NCBI GenBank assembly: GCA_016748015.1
Contig: JAAOMT010000129.1
Location: 933,965-997,964, forward strand
From: Geosiphon pyriformis uo1
Lineage: Eukaryota > Fungi > Glomeromycota
Direction of reading: 5' to 3'
DNA length: 64,000 nucleotides
Under the pieces are notes generated by a model. The model was not told the DNA's origin. It worked only from the letters and a program-made list of their open reading frames with translations, and did not search any database. Made by a program: the position numbers and the translations under genes. This document shows, in pieces, positions 1 to 12,200 of the stretch (position 1 is the first letter of the stretch; every line of letters starts with the position of its first letter).

Positions 1-382
1 TCTTGAAAGAATAATACTTGATCAAGATAATTCACGTTGTTACTAATTGATAAAAGCTTTATTGTAAGAATTAGAAAAAGCACTAAAGACCATTAACATT
101 CTGTGTTTCTAAATTAGAGAAACACATCAGGCAATTGCAAGAATAGCCTCAGAAAAAACCCCAGACAGTGGGTAGATTTCAGTTCAGCCTCTGAGAAGGA
201 GTACATAAACACACACAACAATCAGGAATTGAAGAATAACTTACATCGCAACATTAAAAAAAAAGCCTTCAGTATAACAGTAACATTATCACACAAATAG
301 AATTGAGGAACTCATGAAAGACTGATTGCAATTAAAACAGGATATCAGCAATTAAATATAACAAGAAAACCATTCCGTAACA
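1..382 (+). repeat. 3' part of the 5' LTR of Gypsy copy 1
   Basis: Ends ...CCGTAACA at 382; 375/382 identical to 8822-9203 by eye alignment. Confidence 0.95.
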
Positions 383-384
383 TT

Positions 385-400
385 TAGTGAATCCTATGAG
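385..400 (+). promoter_or_regulatory. Putative primer-binding site (TAGTGAATCCTATGAG, presumably TGG->TAG mutated)
   Basis: Lies 2 nt after the LTR end; restoring one G->A gives TGGTG, complementary to a tRNA CCA end. Cognate tRNA not identified. Confidence 0.55.
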
Positions 401-3400
401 AAAAGAAAATCAAAAAGAAAATAATAATTAACAATAATTCATTGCTAAAAAGGAAGAGACAAAAGTGGCGACAAAAACCCCTAATCTTACTGTTCTTGAA
501 TTCTGCCATGCTATTTACACACAAAATCAAAGTAATCTTGGATTACCAGAATGGTGTTGTCCAGTAGAATCTGCCCTCACTTATTATATCAACACCAGAA
601 TAAATTATCATATAGGAAAGGAAGAAGAACCACACAATGCAAAACTTGGATTGTATAGAGAATTATCACAATACACTACAAAAAAAGTAGCAGTAATAGC
701 CGCAACTATTGTCAAAATCCATCGAGAAATTGAGCAATATGCCAATGAAAATTTTCCAATATCCACAGAAAACACTAAGGAACGCACCAACAAAACCAAA
801 AAAAATTTAGAAACTAATCAGGAAAGTAACCAGCAAAAACTAAGAATACCAGCTCAAACACCAAAAAAAACTGTCACTCAATCAATAAAGAAACAATGTA
901 TTTATTTACCAGAAGATAAATCATATCATTTTTCACCAAAAAATAAGATACAAATTCCATTAGGAGCTGCATCATCATCAACATCAACTCCACAAATGCC
1001 AAGAACTCCTAGTTATACTGATAAAATTAAACAACATAACTGGGGAGACATACCAATTACAGGAGGATATTCATCACTATTTTAAAACCCTCTTTTTTAG
1101 CCAAAATTTAGAATGGGGTTTGAAAACTGTGAAGAAGAGTCTGAATCGGAATCCAAAAAAAAGACCAGCGAAAAAACAATCACAAGACCAGTCACTGGAA
1201 CAAGCAGCCAGTCCAGAAACCAAGAAACTTGTAATCAAGAGGAAGAACCAGATATAAGAGAAACCACCTTTAAGAACGCTCAAGGAAATATTATCTCACC
1301 TCCTCTTAAACCAATAAGCCCACTAGTAGAAAATGGCAACGAAATGACCACATCATATATTGCAAGACTAACAGATTTCTCGGGAGAGGAAGAAGAAATG
1401 GACATGCACACATGGCTCAGAGAAGCACAAAAAGCCATCCAGGCAAATAACTGGAACAACCAAAGAGCAATTCAAACATTACCGTTTTTCCTAAAAGACA
1501 CAGCCAACTCATGGTATCAAAGCCTAGAAACAAAACCCACAAGCTTCACCGAATTTAAAAATGCACTCCTGGAGTATTTTAGCGACCCAAATGCCGTAAT
1601 CCAACTACAGAACGAATTCAATACTATCAAGCAAAATACTGGTGAAACTGTCACCCAATACCTTGCTTAATTCAATCAAATTCACCGTCAGATTGAAGCA
1701 ATTAAACAAGGATACTACACTGATCCTCAGGTTTTAAATCAGTTTATTAGAGGATTAAAAAGCAGCATTTTAGGAAGAGTATGCTCTGTCCACCCTAATT
1801 CCTTATCAGAAGCCATTACGCTCACCAGAGCCCTTGAATCGGCTGAGAAAAAAGCTAACCATAGTTAAATAGTTAACATAGTAATGGAGGAAAATAAGAC
1901 AGAAACATTAGAGAAAAGAGTAACGCAATTAGGGGAGGAACTCTCTAAGAAAATAGAAAGTTACCTTATCCCGGATCCGAGAAAAAATACATACCAACCA
2001 CCCCAAAGATGCAGCCAAGAAGTCAGCAACAGTCGAAATAATCGCTTATCGCGCCAGGAATTCAGAACAGAAATGTGTGCCTGCCATTTTTGCAAATGCA
2101 TAGGACATTTGATTAGTTAATGTTGAATGCGAATGATGCAGGAAGTATGCAAAAATAATTACTACGCACCACCCCAAATGCCCAGAAACCAGTACATGCC
2201 AATACTACACCAATATCCCACCATGTATCAAAATCAAGAAGCTTACCAGCAACAGCCCATAATAGCCAACCCGAATTGGCATCCTGAAGCCCAAAATCAG
2301 CCCATGTAGAACCAGAATGCATTGGTCCAGAGGAATTCAAACCATGCCAAAACCAATCAGCAAACCAATCCAAACTACCAAAATTATCAACAAACTTACC
2401 TTAATATACCAGAAAATCTAATCATCGGAAATAGTGACGGTAGAAAATAAACAGAACCAAGAATTCCTCTAACAAATTGAGCCAGACAATACCACCAGCA
2501 GTTGCCACCGAAGATAGCAGCCTCACAGCTATTTTTCTTTTTGAATTAAAGGAAAACAAGGCTATGTTCAGTGAAGCAGCATTGGACGAAAAACGCCCAA
2601 TCACTGCTATGTATACGGAAGCCACTGTAAACAATACCCCAATCAAACTTATCTTAGATAGCAGATCTGCTGGAAGCATTGTAACGCTTCAATTAGTAAA
2701 CCAACTGGGTTTCAAAGTTGATCATGCTGCAACATCCCAAATCATAACAGCCGATGGAAGTACAAAGCTGCCTCATGGCAAAATCGACTCATTTCCTTTC
2801 GAAATTAACAGCATAGTAATACCTACAAAAGTATTAGTAATGGATGCTACACAATATCAAGCATTAGTAGAAAATAACTGGCTAACAAAAGCCAATGCCA
2901 CCCTAGACTGGACCACTCAAGAGCTTCTGATCAATTATAATGGCCACCAGGCCAAAATTCCAGCCACCTGTGGCCACTTCCAAAAACCCAGCACCAACCA
3001 AAGACCTACCTTCGAATTTGAGGAAAATTCAGCACTATCAGTCATCGAAACCTATCAGCTCTCTTGGGCTGATGACCAAAGAACAGGACTACTAGCTGTA
3101 CCAACATGGACCAGTGAAGAAAGATCCAAATGGAACCAGGTAAGTTTACGAAGAAACCACCAGTGATGCAGACCAAAGCTAGAATGCTCAGTTTGCAAGA
3201 AAAAACTCTTGTCTATGACTGCATGCAGTGCACCAGACGAAGACCCAAGAAATCCCACCTACTACTATTGTAACTGTTGTAACAAAAAAAAATATGGTTA
3301 TCCAGAAAGACATGGAAAATGGGATGAGGAACCATGTCTCGCTTGTGGAGAACCGTTACCAAGAGGGTGCAACTGGAATGACATACCAGGCAGAGGAGGA

Positions 3401-6072
3401 ATGTGTGACGCAACTTGCCAATACATGATCCTCATCTGTGACTGAGTAAGAAGAGGAACGCCGTTTGAAGCAGTGTTCAACAGAGCGTTAAAAAGACTAC
3501 AGCACTACCCACACGATGAAGACAAGTTGTACAATACTGCACAAGCCAAAGTAAGAGAAAGAACCGCCAAAGAAATATGACGTTGGAAAGAGTCAGCCAA
3601 AGTAGCCGACGAAGTCACCAGCTACAACATGTTTGATCCAGTGGACGAATTCCAGGACTACTACCAACAACTATGCCCCACTCGACAAGAACAAGAACAA
3701 TACCTCACCCAAATCAATACTTACTTTTGCGAAAACTGTCTCATCCCATGCCAAAATCAGTGCTGTGAAAAGTGTTAAGATGAAAGGGGCTTAGAAAGAA
3801 AAATGGAAATTAAGAATCAGCAGTCTCAAAATCAATCAATAAATCAACAAGACTCACCTGATGGTCCTGAGTCAGAAAAATCTGTAGCCTATACTGACCT
3901 AGAACAGGTGACTGACATTCAATACTTTGACAACGGGCACTTAGGAATAATACCCAAAAGAGCCCATCCAACTGATGCCAGATTCGATCTACATTATCCG
4001 GAAGACCAATCCACAACGTTATCACCCAGAAGCATCACCAAAATCAACCTAAAAATAGCAGTTGAAATTCTGCCAGGAATAATGGTTCAAATAGTGTCGC
4101 GATCAAGCCTCGCGAAAAAAGGAATAAGCATTCAAGGAAGAGTAATTGACTCCGGATACACTGGAAATTCATGCCAGTAGAAAATTGTAAGAAATTGTCA
4201 CAAACAACGAGAGGAACTTTTAGTTTCGGATCGACAGAAAAAGGAATTAAAGTGAATTTCGCTGAAACAATAGAGGAAAAAGGCGAAGTAATTAAAAATG
4301 AGTGGTCCATCATGCTCCTACCATATGGAAAATCAGAAATAAGAATAAAAAGAACAATTAAAGAAAAAGACCTAATATTTGAGCCCTACCCAGAAACTTG
4401 CCAACAGTTTCTCATAGGACTTACTAACCTTTTTATTCCAGCTGATAAAGCTCAATGGATAAAAATTCCTATCGTAAACACCACAGAAGAACCCGTCTAC
4501 ATTCCAGAAGATACCATCATTGGATACCTCGGAATGGAGCTAGAAAACACATCAACATCACAAGAAATTCTAAATTTCCCAGAAATCGCCCTCTACTGTG
4601 AACTCACTTCAATAAATTGGCAACAACTGTTAGAATGCTATCAATTTACACCAGAAAAATTGGCCAAATTAAACATTGGAACAATAAATCCTGACCAACA
4701 GCAACAATTAAAAGCATAAATTTTAAAATACTCTGATATATTTTCACGAAATGGCGAATTTAGAAGAACCAACTTGGTTCAACACCAAATCCTCACTGGA
4801 GATGCCAGACCTGAAAAACAACGCGCTTACCGTGTCCCACCAATAGAGCATAATTTTATCAGAGAAGAAGTCCAAAGCATGTTGGAAAAAGGAATAATAC
4901 AACCATCAATGAGCCCATGGTCCTCACCAGTTGTTTTAGTAAGGAAAAAGAATGGAAAAATTAGATTTTGCGTCAACTATCACAAACTAAACAGCAAAAC
5001 AACCAAAAACTCATACCCAATACTGTTAATTGATGAAATCTTTGACATTTTTGGAAGAACAAAATGGTTTTCTACACTGGACTTGACCAGTGGGTACTGG
5101 CAAGTGGAAATGGACCCAAAGGACAGGCATAAAACAGCATTCACAACACAAAATGGCAATTATGAGTTCAATGTAATGCCATTTGGATTAACAAACACTC
5201 CTGCGACATTCCAAAGACTAATGGACATAATTTACTCCGGAATCCTGTGGCAATCCGTTGTTGTCTACTTGGATAATACAAATGTTTTCTCGTCAAAATT
5301 CACGGATCATCTCCAACATTTACAACAAGTTTTTGAGAAATTGAGACATGCTAGACTTAAACTAAATCTAGAAAAATGTTTTTTTGAGAAAAATGAGCTA
5401 GCATTTTTAGGACATGTAGTTGGAAAAGATAGAATAAAACCAGATCCATTAAAAATAGACAAAGTGAAAAATTTTCTAGTACCTCAAAATGTTTTAAAAG
5501 TTAGAAGCTTTTTAGGACTTACATCTTACTACTGCTGCTTTGTAGAAAACTTTTCAAACATTGCCAAACCCCTTAATTATCTACTATCTAAAAATGTGAA
5601 GTTTGAATGGACTGAAGCACAACAAAAAGCTTTTGAGTACCTTAGATGAAAGCTCATTGAATCACCAATAATGATCTATCTGAATTTCAACAAGAAATTT
5701 ATTTTGGCCACAGATGCCTCTGGAACTGGACTTGGAGCCATTCTGTCACAAAAAAATGATAATGGAAGAGAACGTGTAATTGCTTATGCCAGCAGAAGTC
5801 TCAGTACAGCAGAACAAAACTATGCAGCACATGAACTTGAATGCTTAGCAGTAGTCTGGAGTTGTGTTCACTTTGACACATATTTATGGTACCAACCCTT
5901 TGAGATTATGACAGATCATAGAGGTCTGGTCTGGTTAAATAACAAGAAAGCGCTAAAAAGAAAATACGCCAGATGGTCACAAACGTTAGCACCATACGAT
6001 TATATTATCAAATACAAAGAAGGTACCAAAAATGCTAATACTGACTGTTTGTCAAGAATGAGACACACATAA
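396..6072 (+). pseudogene. Gypsy copy 1 gag-protease-Cys-rich domain-dUTPase-RT-RNase H polyprotein (disrupted)
   Basis: Gag core (FSGEEE..WL..A.SWY); CCHC knuckle CHFCKCIGH ~2083; protease LILDS(R)SAG ~2650; dUTPase motifs 3947-4236; RT LDLTSGYWQ, MPFGL, YLD(N); RNase H TDASG..ELECLAVVW..TDH..N.DCLSR, stop 6070-6072. Start at 396 is tentative. Confidence 0.9.
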
Positions 6073-6101
6073 AAATCACCAATCCACCTGCCACAACAAC
6101 A

Positions 6102-7458
6102 ATGAACAACCACCTTTACAAAAACCTCAGCCAATACTTGGAAACACTACAAATAGACAAAAAAATGCCAGTAAAAAAGCTAATTAAGCTCCAAAAATTA
6201 GCAAAACACTATTTCATTCAAAATCACATACTTTATTACCGGAATCGACAAAATTCAGATAATCTATTAAGAGTTATAACCACGGATGAAAAAGAAACTA
6301 TCTTATTTAACATGCACTCAGATATTCATTCAGGCCACTTTGGAAAAACAGCAATCATCCAACGTGCAACTAGCCATTACTATTGGCCAAAATAAGTTCA
6401 GACATAATCCAATACATAAGAAATTGTGACTCATGCCAACAAAGAGGAGGAGCAAAAACAATGGAATTATTAAGACCAATAAAAGTTGGACAGCCATTTG
6501 ACAGAATCAGAATTGATTTAGTTGGACCCTTACCAATAACAACAAGAAACAATCATTATATTGCAGTAGTCATGGACTATCTTACCAAATGGCCAGAAGC
6601 TAGAGCTATTAAAACAGCTGATGCTATTTCCATAGCTCAATTCATATATGAAGACTTAATTTGCCGACATGGATGTCCACAAAAATTGCTATCAGATCAA
6701 GGCACACACTTTGTAAACAGCACCTTAAAAGAACTTAGCCAAAAATTTGGAATCAAGCGACTACTGTCATCACCATACCACCCTTAAACAAATGGATTAG
6801 TTGAAAGATTTAATCGCACATTATGCGAATCACTGGCGAAAATTAGTAACAAACATAAAAAAGAATGGGATTTGTTCATACCAGCAGTACTACTAACATA
6901 TAGAACAGTAAAACAAGATACTACACAATTCACACTGTTTGAACTAGTTTATGGAAGAAAAGCCACATTACCAGTTGAACTTACTATTCCAACTTATCTA
7001 AGTGACACTATTATGGAAGTAACATTCCAGAAAACACTACTTAAAAGAACATACGAATTAATGGAAACTTTAGAAAACAAAAAAAGAAAAACAGCACAAA
7101 ATATTGAACAATCACAAGAACAACAAAAAGTGAGACATAATAACCAGTTACCAGATAATATAATTAGCTACAAAATTGGAGATAAAGTATTGTTGCATCA
7201 TACAAAAATGGAAAAACAGTGGAGTGGAAAATTTGATCACAAGTGGGATGAACCATTTTATATTTACGAAATACTTGGAAATGAAGCATACAAGCTAAGA
7301 CTAGATGATAAAATATTAAGAAAAGCAGCACATAGTAACTGGCTAAAATTCTATTACAGTAAACCAATAATAACAACAAAAACACCCAGAATTGGAACAC
7401 AATTATCTTTAATTCTACCAGAACAAATTCCACGAGATTTAGAACTAATAGTTTTAAT
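6102..7458 (+). pseudogene. Gypsy copy 1 integrase ORF (HHCC, DDE core, C-terminal SH3-like region)
   Basis: MH..HSGHFG..CDSC; IDLVGPL; SDQGTHF; PYHP*TNGLVERFN; KIGDKVLL..KWDEPF..YKL. Own ATG at 6102; runs into the N gap at 7459. Confidence 0.9.
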
Positions 7459-7479
7459 NNNNNNNNNNNNNNNNNNNNA

Positions 7480-7956
7480 TTTATTAGCAAAGTTATTGAA
7501 AAATTAGAGATAGCATTGGGCAATACATTAATAATAGAAGAAATAGAAATAAGTGAATTAACACCAGACACATTTAGCAACTTGAAAACGAAATTTCCAA
7601 TTAATTACTGTTATTATCAACTAGAAAAGCACTTGAACATACAAACATTATACTCAAAAGACTCAACTAGAGTGTTTGACAAAACAACTATCTAACTATT
7701 AGAACCTTTCATTGGAAAAACCAACACTACATTCCATTCAAAAACAGTTTACAGAATTTTCAAAGCATTTGAAAACTGTCACAAATTATTGTTGGACCCA
7801 ACCATGAACATAATAACAACCAACAGTATTAGACGACTTACCAATTCGCAATTTCAAGAATTACAACAACAAATTAATAACACAGTATTGAACCACTATA
7901 ATAACTTAGAATTTAATGAAGAAATTAACTTCAATTTCGACGGAGCTCAATTTTAA
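7480..7956 (+). pseudogene. Gypsy copy 1 accessory ORF3, C-terminal part (N-terminal part misplaced at 8229-8392)
   Basis: Frame reads FISKVIEKLE..FPINYCYYQLEKHLNIQTLY..FDGAQF* with one CAA->TAA stop; homologous to 16124-16784. Confidence 0.75.
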
Positions 7957-7969
7957 AAGGAGGGGATAA
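7955..7969 (+). promoter_or_regulatory. Polypurine tract of copy 1
   Basis: AAAAGGAGGGGATAA immediately before TGTTATGG. Confidence 0.9.
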
Positions 7970-9203
7970 TGTTATGGTTTAAGAATTTAGCAAAAAAAAT
8001 CATAAAAAAAATACAAACTATTCAATCATAATATAGCGCAGTAATAATCTTAGAAAGATAATAATTAACATAGTAGCAAACACCATCTCGCAATAGTAAC
8101 AAGCACCAGTTTACAATAGCAGCCAACACCAACTGGTGATAGCAGCAAACACCAGGTTGAAATATCAAAAAGAAAGTATTACAATGTGTTTTCTCGTAGA
8201 ACTACAAANNNNNNNNNNNNNNNNNNNNAATATAACTCAACAATTAGTTGAAAGCTTACAACAATTAAAATCCGATCTGGAAATCACAGTTAATAGCTCC
8301 AAGATAACATACATAAAAAGAACAATAGAAAATCCAAAAACAAGAAAAGAACATAATTTTGAATCATATAATATTGCCAAATATAACAACAAATTTATTA
8401 GCAAAGTTATTGAAAAATTAGAGATAGCATTGGGCAATACATTAATAATAGAAGAAATAGAAATAAGTGAATTAACACCAGACACATTTAGCAACTTGAA
8501 AACGAAATTTCCAATTAATTACTGTTATTATCAACTAGAAAAGCACTTGAACATACAAACATTATACTCAAAAGACTCAACTAGAGTGTTTGACAAAACA
8601 ACTATCTAACTATTAGAACCTTTCATTGGAAAAACCAACACTACATTCCATTCAAAAACAGTTNNNNNNNNNNNNNNNNNNNNCAAATTAAATATCCCAA
8701 GAAATCTTTAAATCAAAAAGAAATGAAAAAGAATATTTAAAACTGAATTATTACAACCCAAAGTATTAAGAAACTTACTTGTATTATTTATTGAATGAAA
8801 CTATCATTCATCAACTGAATCTCTTGAAAGAATAATACTTGATCAAGATAATTCACGTTGTTACTAATTGATAAAAGCTTTATTGTAAGAATTAGAAAAA
8901 GCACTAAAGACCATTAACATTCTGTGTTTCTAAATTAGAGAAACACATCAGGCAATTGCAAGAATAGCCTCAGAAAAAACCCCAGACAGTGGGTAGATTT
9001 CAGTTTAGCCTCTGAGAAGGAGTACATAAACACACACAACAATCAGGAATTGAAGAATAACTTACATCGCAACATTAAAAAGAAAGCCTTCAGTATAATA
9101 GTAACATTATCACACAAATAGAATTAAGGAACTTATGAAAGACTGATTGCAATTAAAACAGGATATCAGCAATTAAATATAACAAGAAAACCATCCCATA
9201 ACA
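7970..9203 (+). repeat. 3' LTR of Gypsy copy 1 (true length ~0.8 kb; contains misplaced contig 8229-8663 between two N gaps)
   Basis: Terminal inverted repeat TGTTATGG...CCATAACA. Confidence 0.9.
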
Positions 9204-12200
9204 CCGAATCCATACAACAGCCATTTCAACTACCACCCCAATAACCAGTACAACAACAACCACTTCAATAGCCACCACAACAACCCAACTTAGATCCAAT
9301 GGCCTACGCACCAATCACAAAACTTGACAACTTTACTGGCGAAGAAGACAATGTGCAAGTATGGCTGAATAATGTAGAGAAAGCCATCACTGCAAATGGA
9401 TAGAATAACATCCGAGCACTTCAAGCCATCCCATACTTTCTAAAGGACACCATGGATACATGGTATCAAAGTCTAGCTGTCAAATCCCAAAACTTCAACA
9501 ACTTCAAGACAGAATTCATAAGATATTTCAGCAACAATAATAGTATCAACAAATTAGCCAACCTTTTCACTACCATCAAACAAGGAGATATTGAAGCAGT
9601 CACCACTTACCTGGGATGCTTCCATAGAAACCTATATAAGATCCAAGCAATTCAAGCTGACTATTTTACAGCGCCACAGATTTTAAATCAATTTATTAGA
9701 AGTTTGTGCAATAACCTTCTCTAGTGAGTATGCCCAATGTATCCAGTTGACCTTCCTACTGCAGTTATACACGCTAGAGATTTTGAAGCAGCTGAATTAG
9801 AAGCCAACCACATCCAAGTAGTAAACCTAGTAATAAATGAATCATCTGAATTGGACTCCAAACTGAAACAATTCAGTGAGTCAATTAATCAGAAACTAAA
9901 GAGATACTTAGCTGACAATCACGCCATATATCAAACACCACAACGACGCCATAATTCAGAAAACGCAAATCATTTCCAAAATCAATCATGGTCATCATCC
10001 TCGACTGTACCTAGTCCACCATGGCAGCCGGAAACACATGCCTGTCACAACTGTAGTAAACAAGGCCATATTCGAGTTAATTGTCATATTTATAGCAACC
10101 AACAATTGGGAAATCAATACAGAAATCCCAATCACTGGTTCCAAACTCCGAATCATTATCTGAATCAAGATCAAGACCAATATCAAAATACTTACCTGCC
10201 AATGACACAGCAATCAATCTATCAACCACCAGTATATCAACTTTCAATTTATCAACAGCAGTCTCCAGTAATTTATCAGCCACAGCCCCAAATAATTTAT
10301 TGGTCTCAACTATCAATCCAAACACTGCTCCAAAACTCAGCTACAATAACATCAAGAAACCCAAGACCCAGAATTACTCAAAATTGAAGATCGGCAATGG
10401 TTGTTTATCAACTGGTCCCCAGCTCCTCTCACCAGAGCTTAGGACCCTGTTCTCGGAATTTAGGTACAGACGCCACCCAAAACTCGACTTCCCAACACTA
10501 TTTAAGTTTTCTGGTTACCCCAGAAGACACCTCAACTAGCAATCAGGAACCCATCCAAAAACAACAAACACTTACCAGCAATATTCTGCCAGCAACAGTT
10601 ACTAACGACAAATCACTAGCCGTCATCTTCTCATTCGAGATTGAAGAACCATCAAGTACACCATTATTTAGTGGAGCCGCTTTTGATGAAAAACCCATTA
10701 CTGCGATGTACACAGATGCTAAGGTTGATGGTTAATCCATCAAATTGATTCTTGATAGTGGTTCAGCAGACAGTATCATCACATGACAACTCATGGATCA
10801 ATTAGGTCGCCAAGTTGATTGAGCCACCAGTGCCAGAATTATCACAGCTAATGGAGCAACCAAAACTCCAATCAGCAAAATTGATGACTTTCCTTTCGAA
10901 GTCAATGGTATTGTAACTCCTATTAAAGTTCTAGTGATGAAAGCCACTCAATACCAAGCTCTCGTTGGTAATGACTGGCTATCCAAAGTCAATACAACAT
11001 TAGACTGGAACATCCAGAAACTCCAGCTAACATATCAGGGCTGACACATACGTATACTGGCCACGTGTGGCCATTTCAAGACTTCTCCAAAAGAAAAACT
11101 ATTAATCAAACTGGAGAAGAAGAAAGAGAAACCTACCTGGAAAGTGTACCAAGTCTCGTGGGCTGATGCCGACCACAATGAGCTGCCGCCAATACTCGCC
11201 TGGGATGACAATAACAACAGAAAAGAGGAGCAAGGAAAAGAATCTACTTGTGAAACCACTATCGATGCTGGGACCAACGACAAAAACCACTATGAACTAC
11301 CACTAATACTATCATGGGATGACAACCCCAAGGGAAAGCAAAGAGAGGAACTTACCTGGGAAACCAACAATTTGACTTGGACTGATAACGAACAAAAAAA
11401 AGTCTCAAGTCGGAAATAGAACAAAGATAAGGGAAAAAGAAAAGAAAAGGAAGAAGGAATGCCACCAATGACCAACAGTTATAATTCCTACACTCACCAC
11501 ACTCCACAACAATTCAATTATCAATGACCAAGACTGGTATGCATCGATTGCAGCAAGAAACTGTTGTCAATGGGTGCATGCTGTGGTGACGATGAGAAAT
11601 ACCACACTGCAACAAAGTTTTACTATTGTCTATGCTTACTCGAATGCTTTGAATGACCAAAGAGGCAAGGAAAATGGAATAACCAACCTTGTTTCACTTG
11701 TGGGGAGACCCTACTAGATAAAGGAATGTGGAACGACATCCCAGAACATGGAGGAACGTGCGATGTGTCGTGTCAATACACAATTTTAATAAGCGACTGA
11801 GTAAGGAAAAGAACTCCAATAGAAGCAGCCTGGAGAAGAGCCGTGCAGTGACTGGACAGTTGTCCACACGATGATGACAAATTGTGGAGAATGGCAATCA
11901 CCAAAATAGAAGGAGCAACACCCGAAGAAATCAGAGAAATCAAAAACAACCCACCAGAACCCATCAAGCTTAACTGAAATGCAGAGCCAGCCATAAATTC
12001 TCTGAAACCCGAAGAGTTTCATGAACACTACCAAAACTTGGCACCCACTAGAGAAGAACAAAAACAATGGCTAACACAGTTGAATACAAGACTGTGTCGT
12101 CATTGTTTAATTCCCAGTAACTTTGAATATTGTGACAATTGTAACCTCCTTTACAATTTACTACCATGCATGATCTACTCAATCCCTGAAAAAGAAGAAC

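Larger units (their letters stand above)
1..9203 (+). mobile_element. Ty3/Gypsy LTR retrotransposon copy 1 (dUTPase-bearing), degenerate; 5' LTR truncated by window start; inserted into gag of copy 2
   Basis: 1-382 repeats at 8822-9203 with 7 mismatches. PBS-like site after the 5' LTR and PPT before the 3' LTR. Domain order gag-PR-RT-RH-IN is the Gypsy order. Many in-frame stops. Confidence 0.95.

Noticed and set aside
2430-2480. Programmed -1 gag/pol frameshift in copy 1
   Set aside because: No clear slippery heptamer, and copy 2 has gag and protease in one frame, so a 1-nt deletion in the A run is more likely.
7480-7956. ORF3 as env or chromodomain
   Set aside because: No hydrophobic TM or signal segment, no furin site, and no chromodomain aromatic-cage motif.
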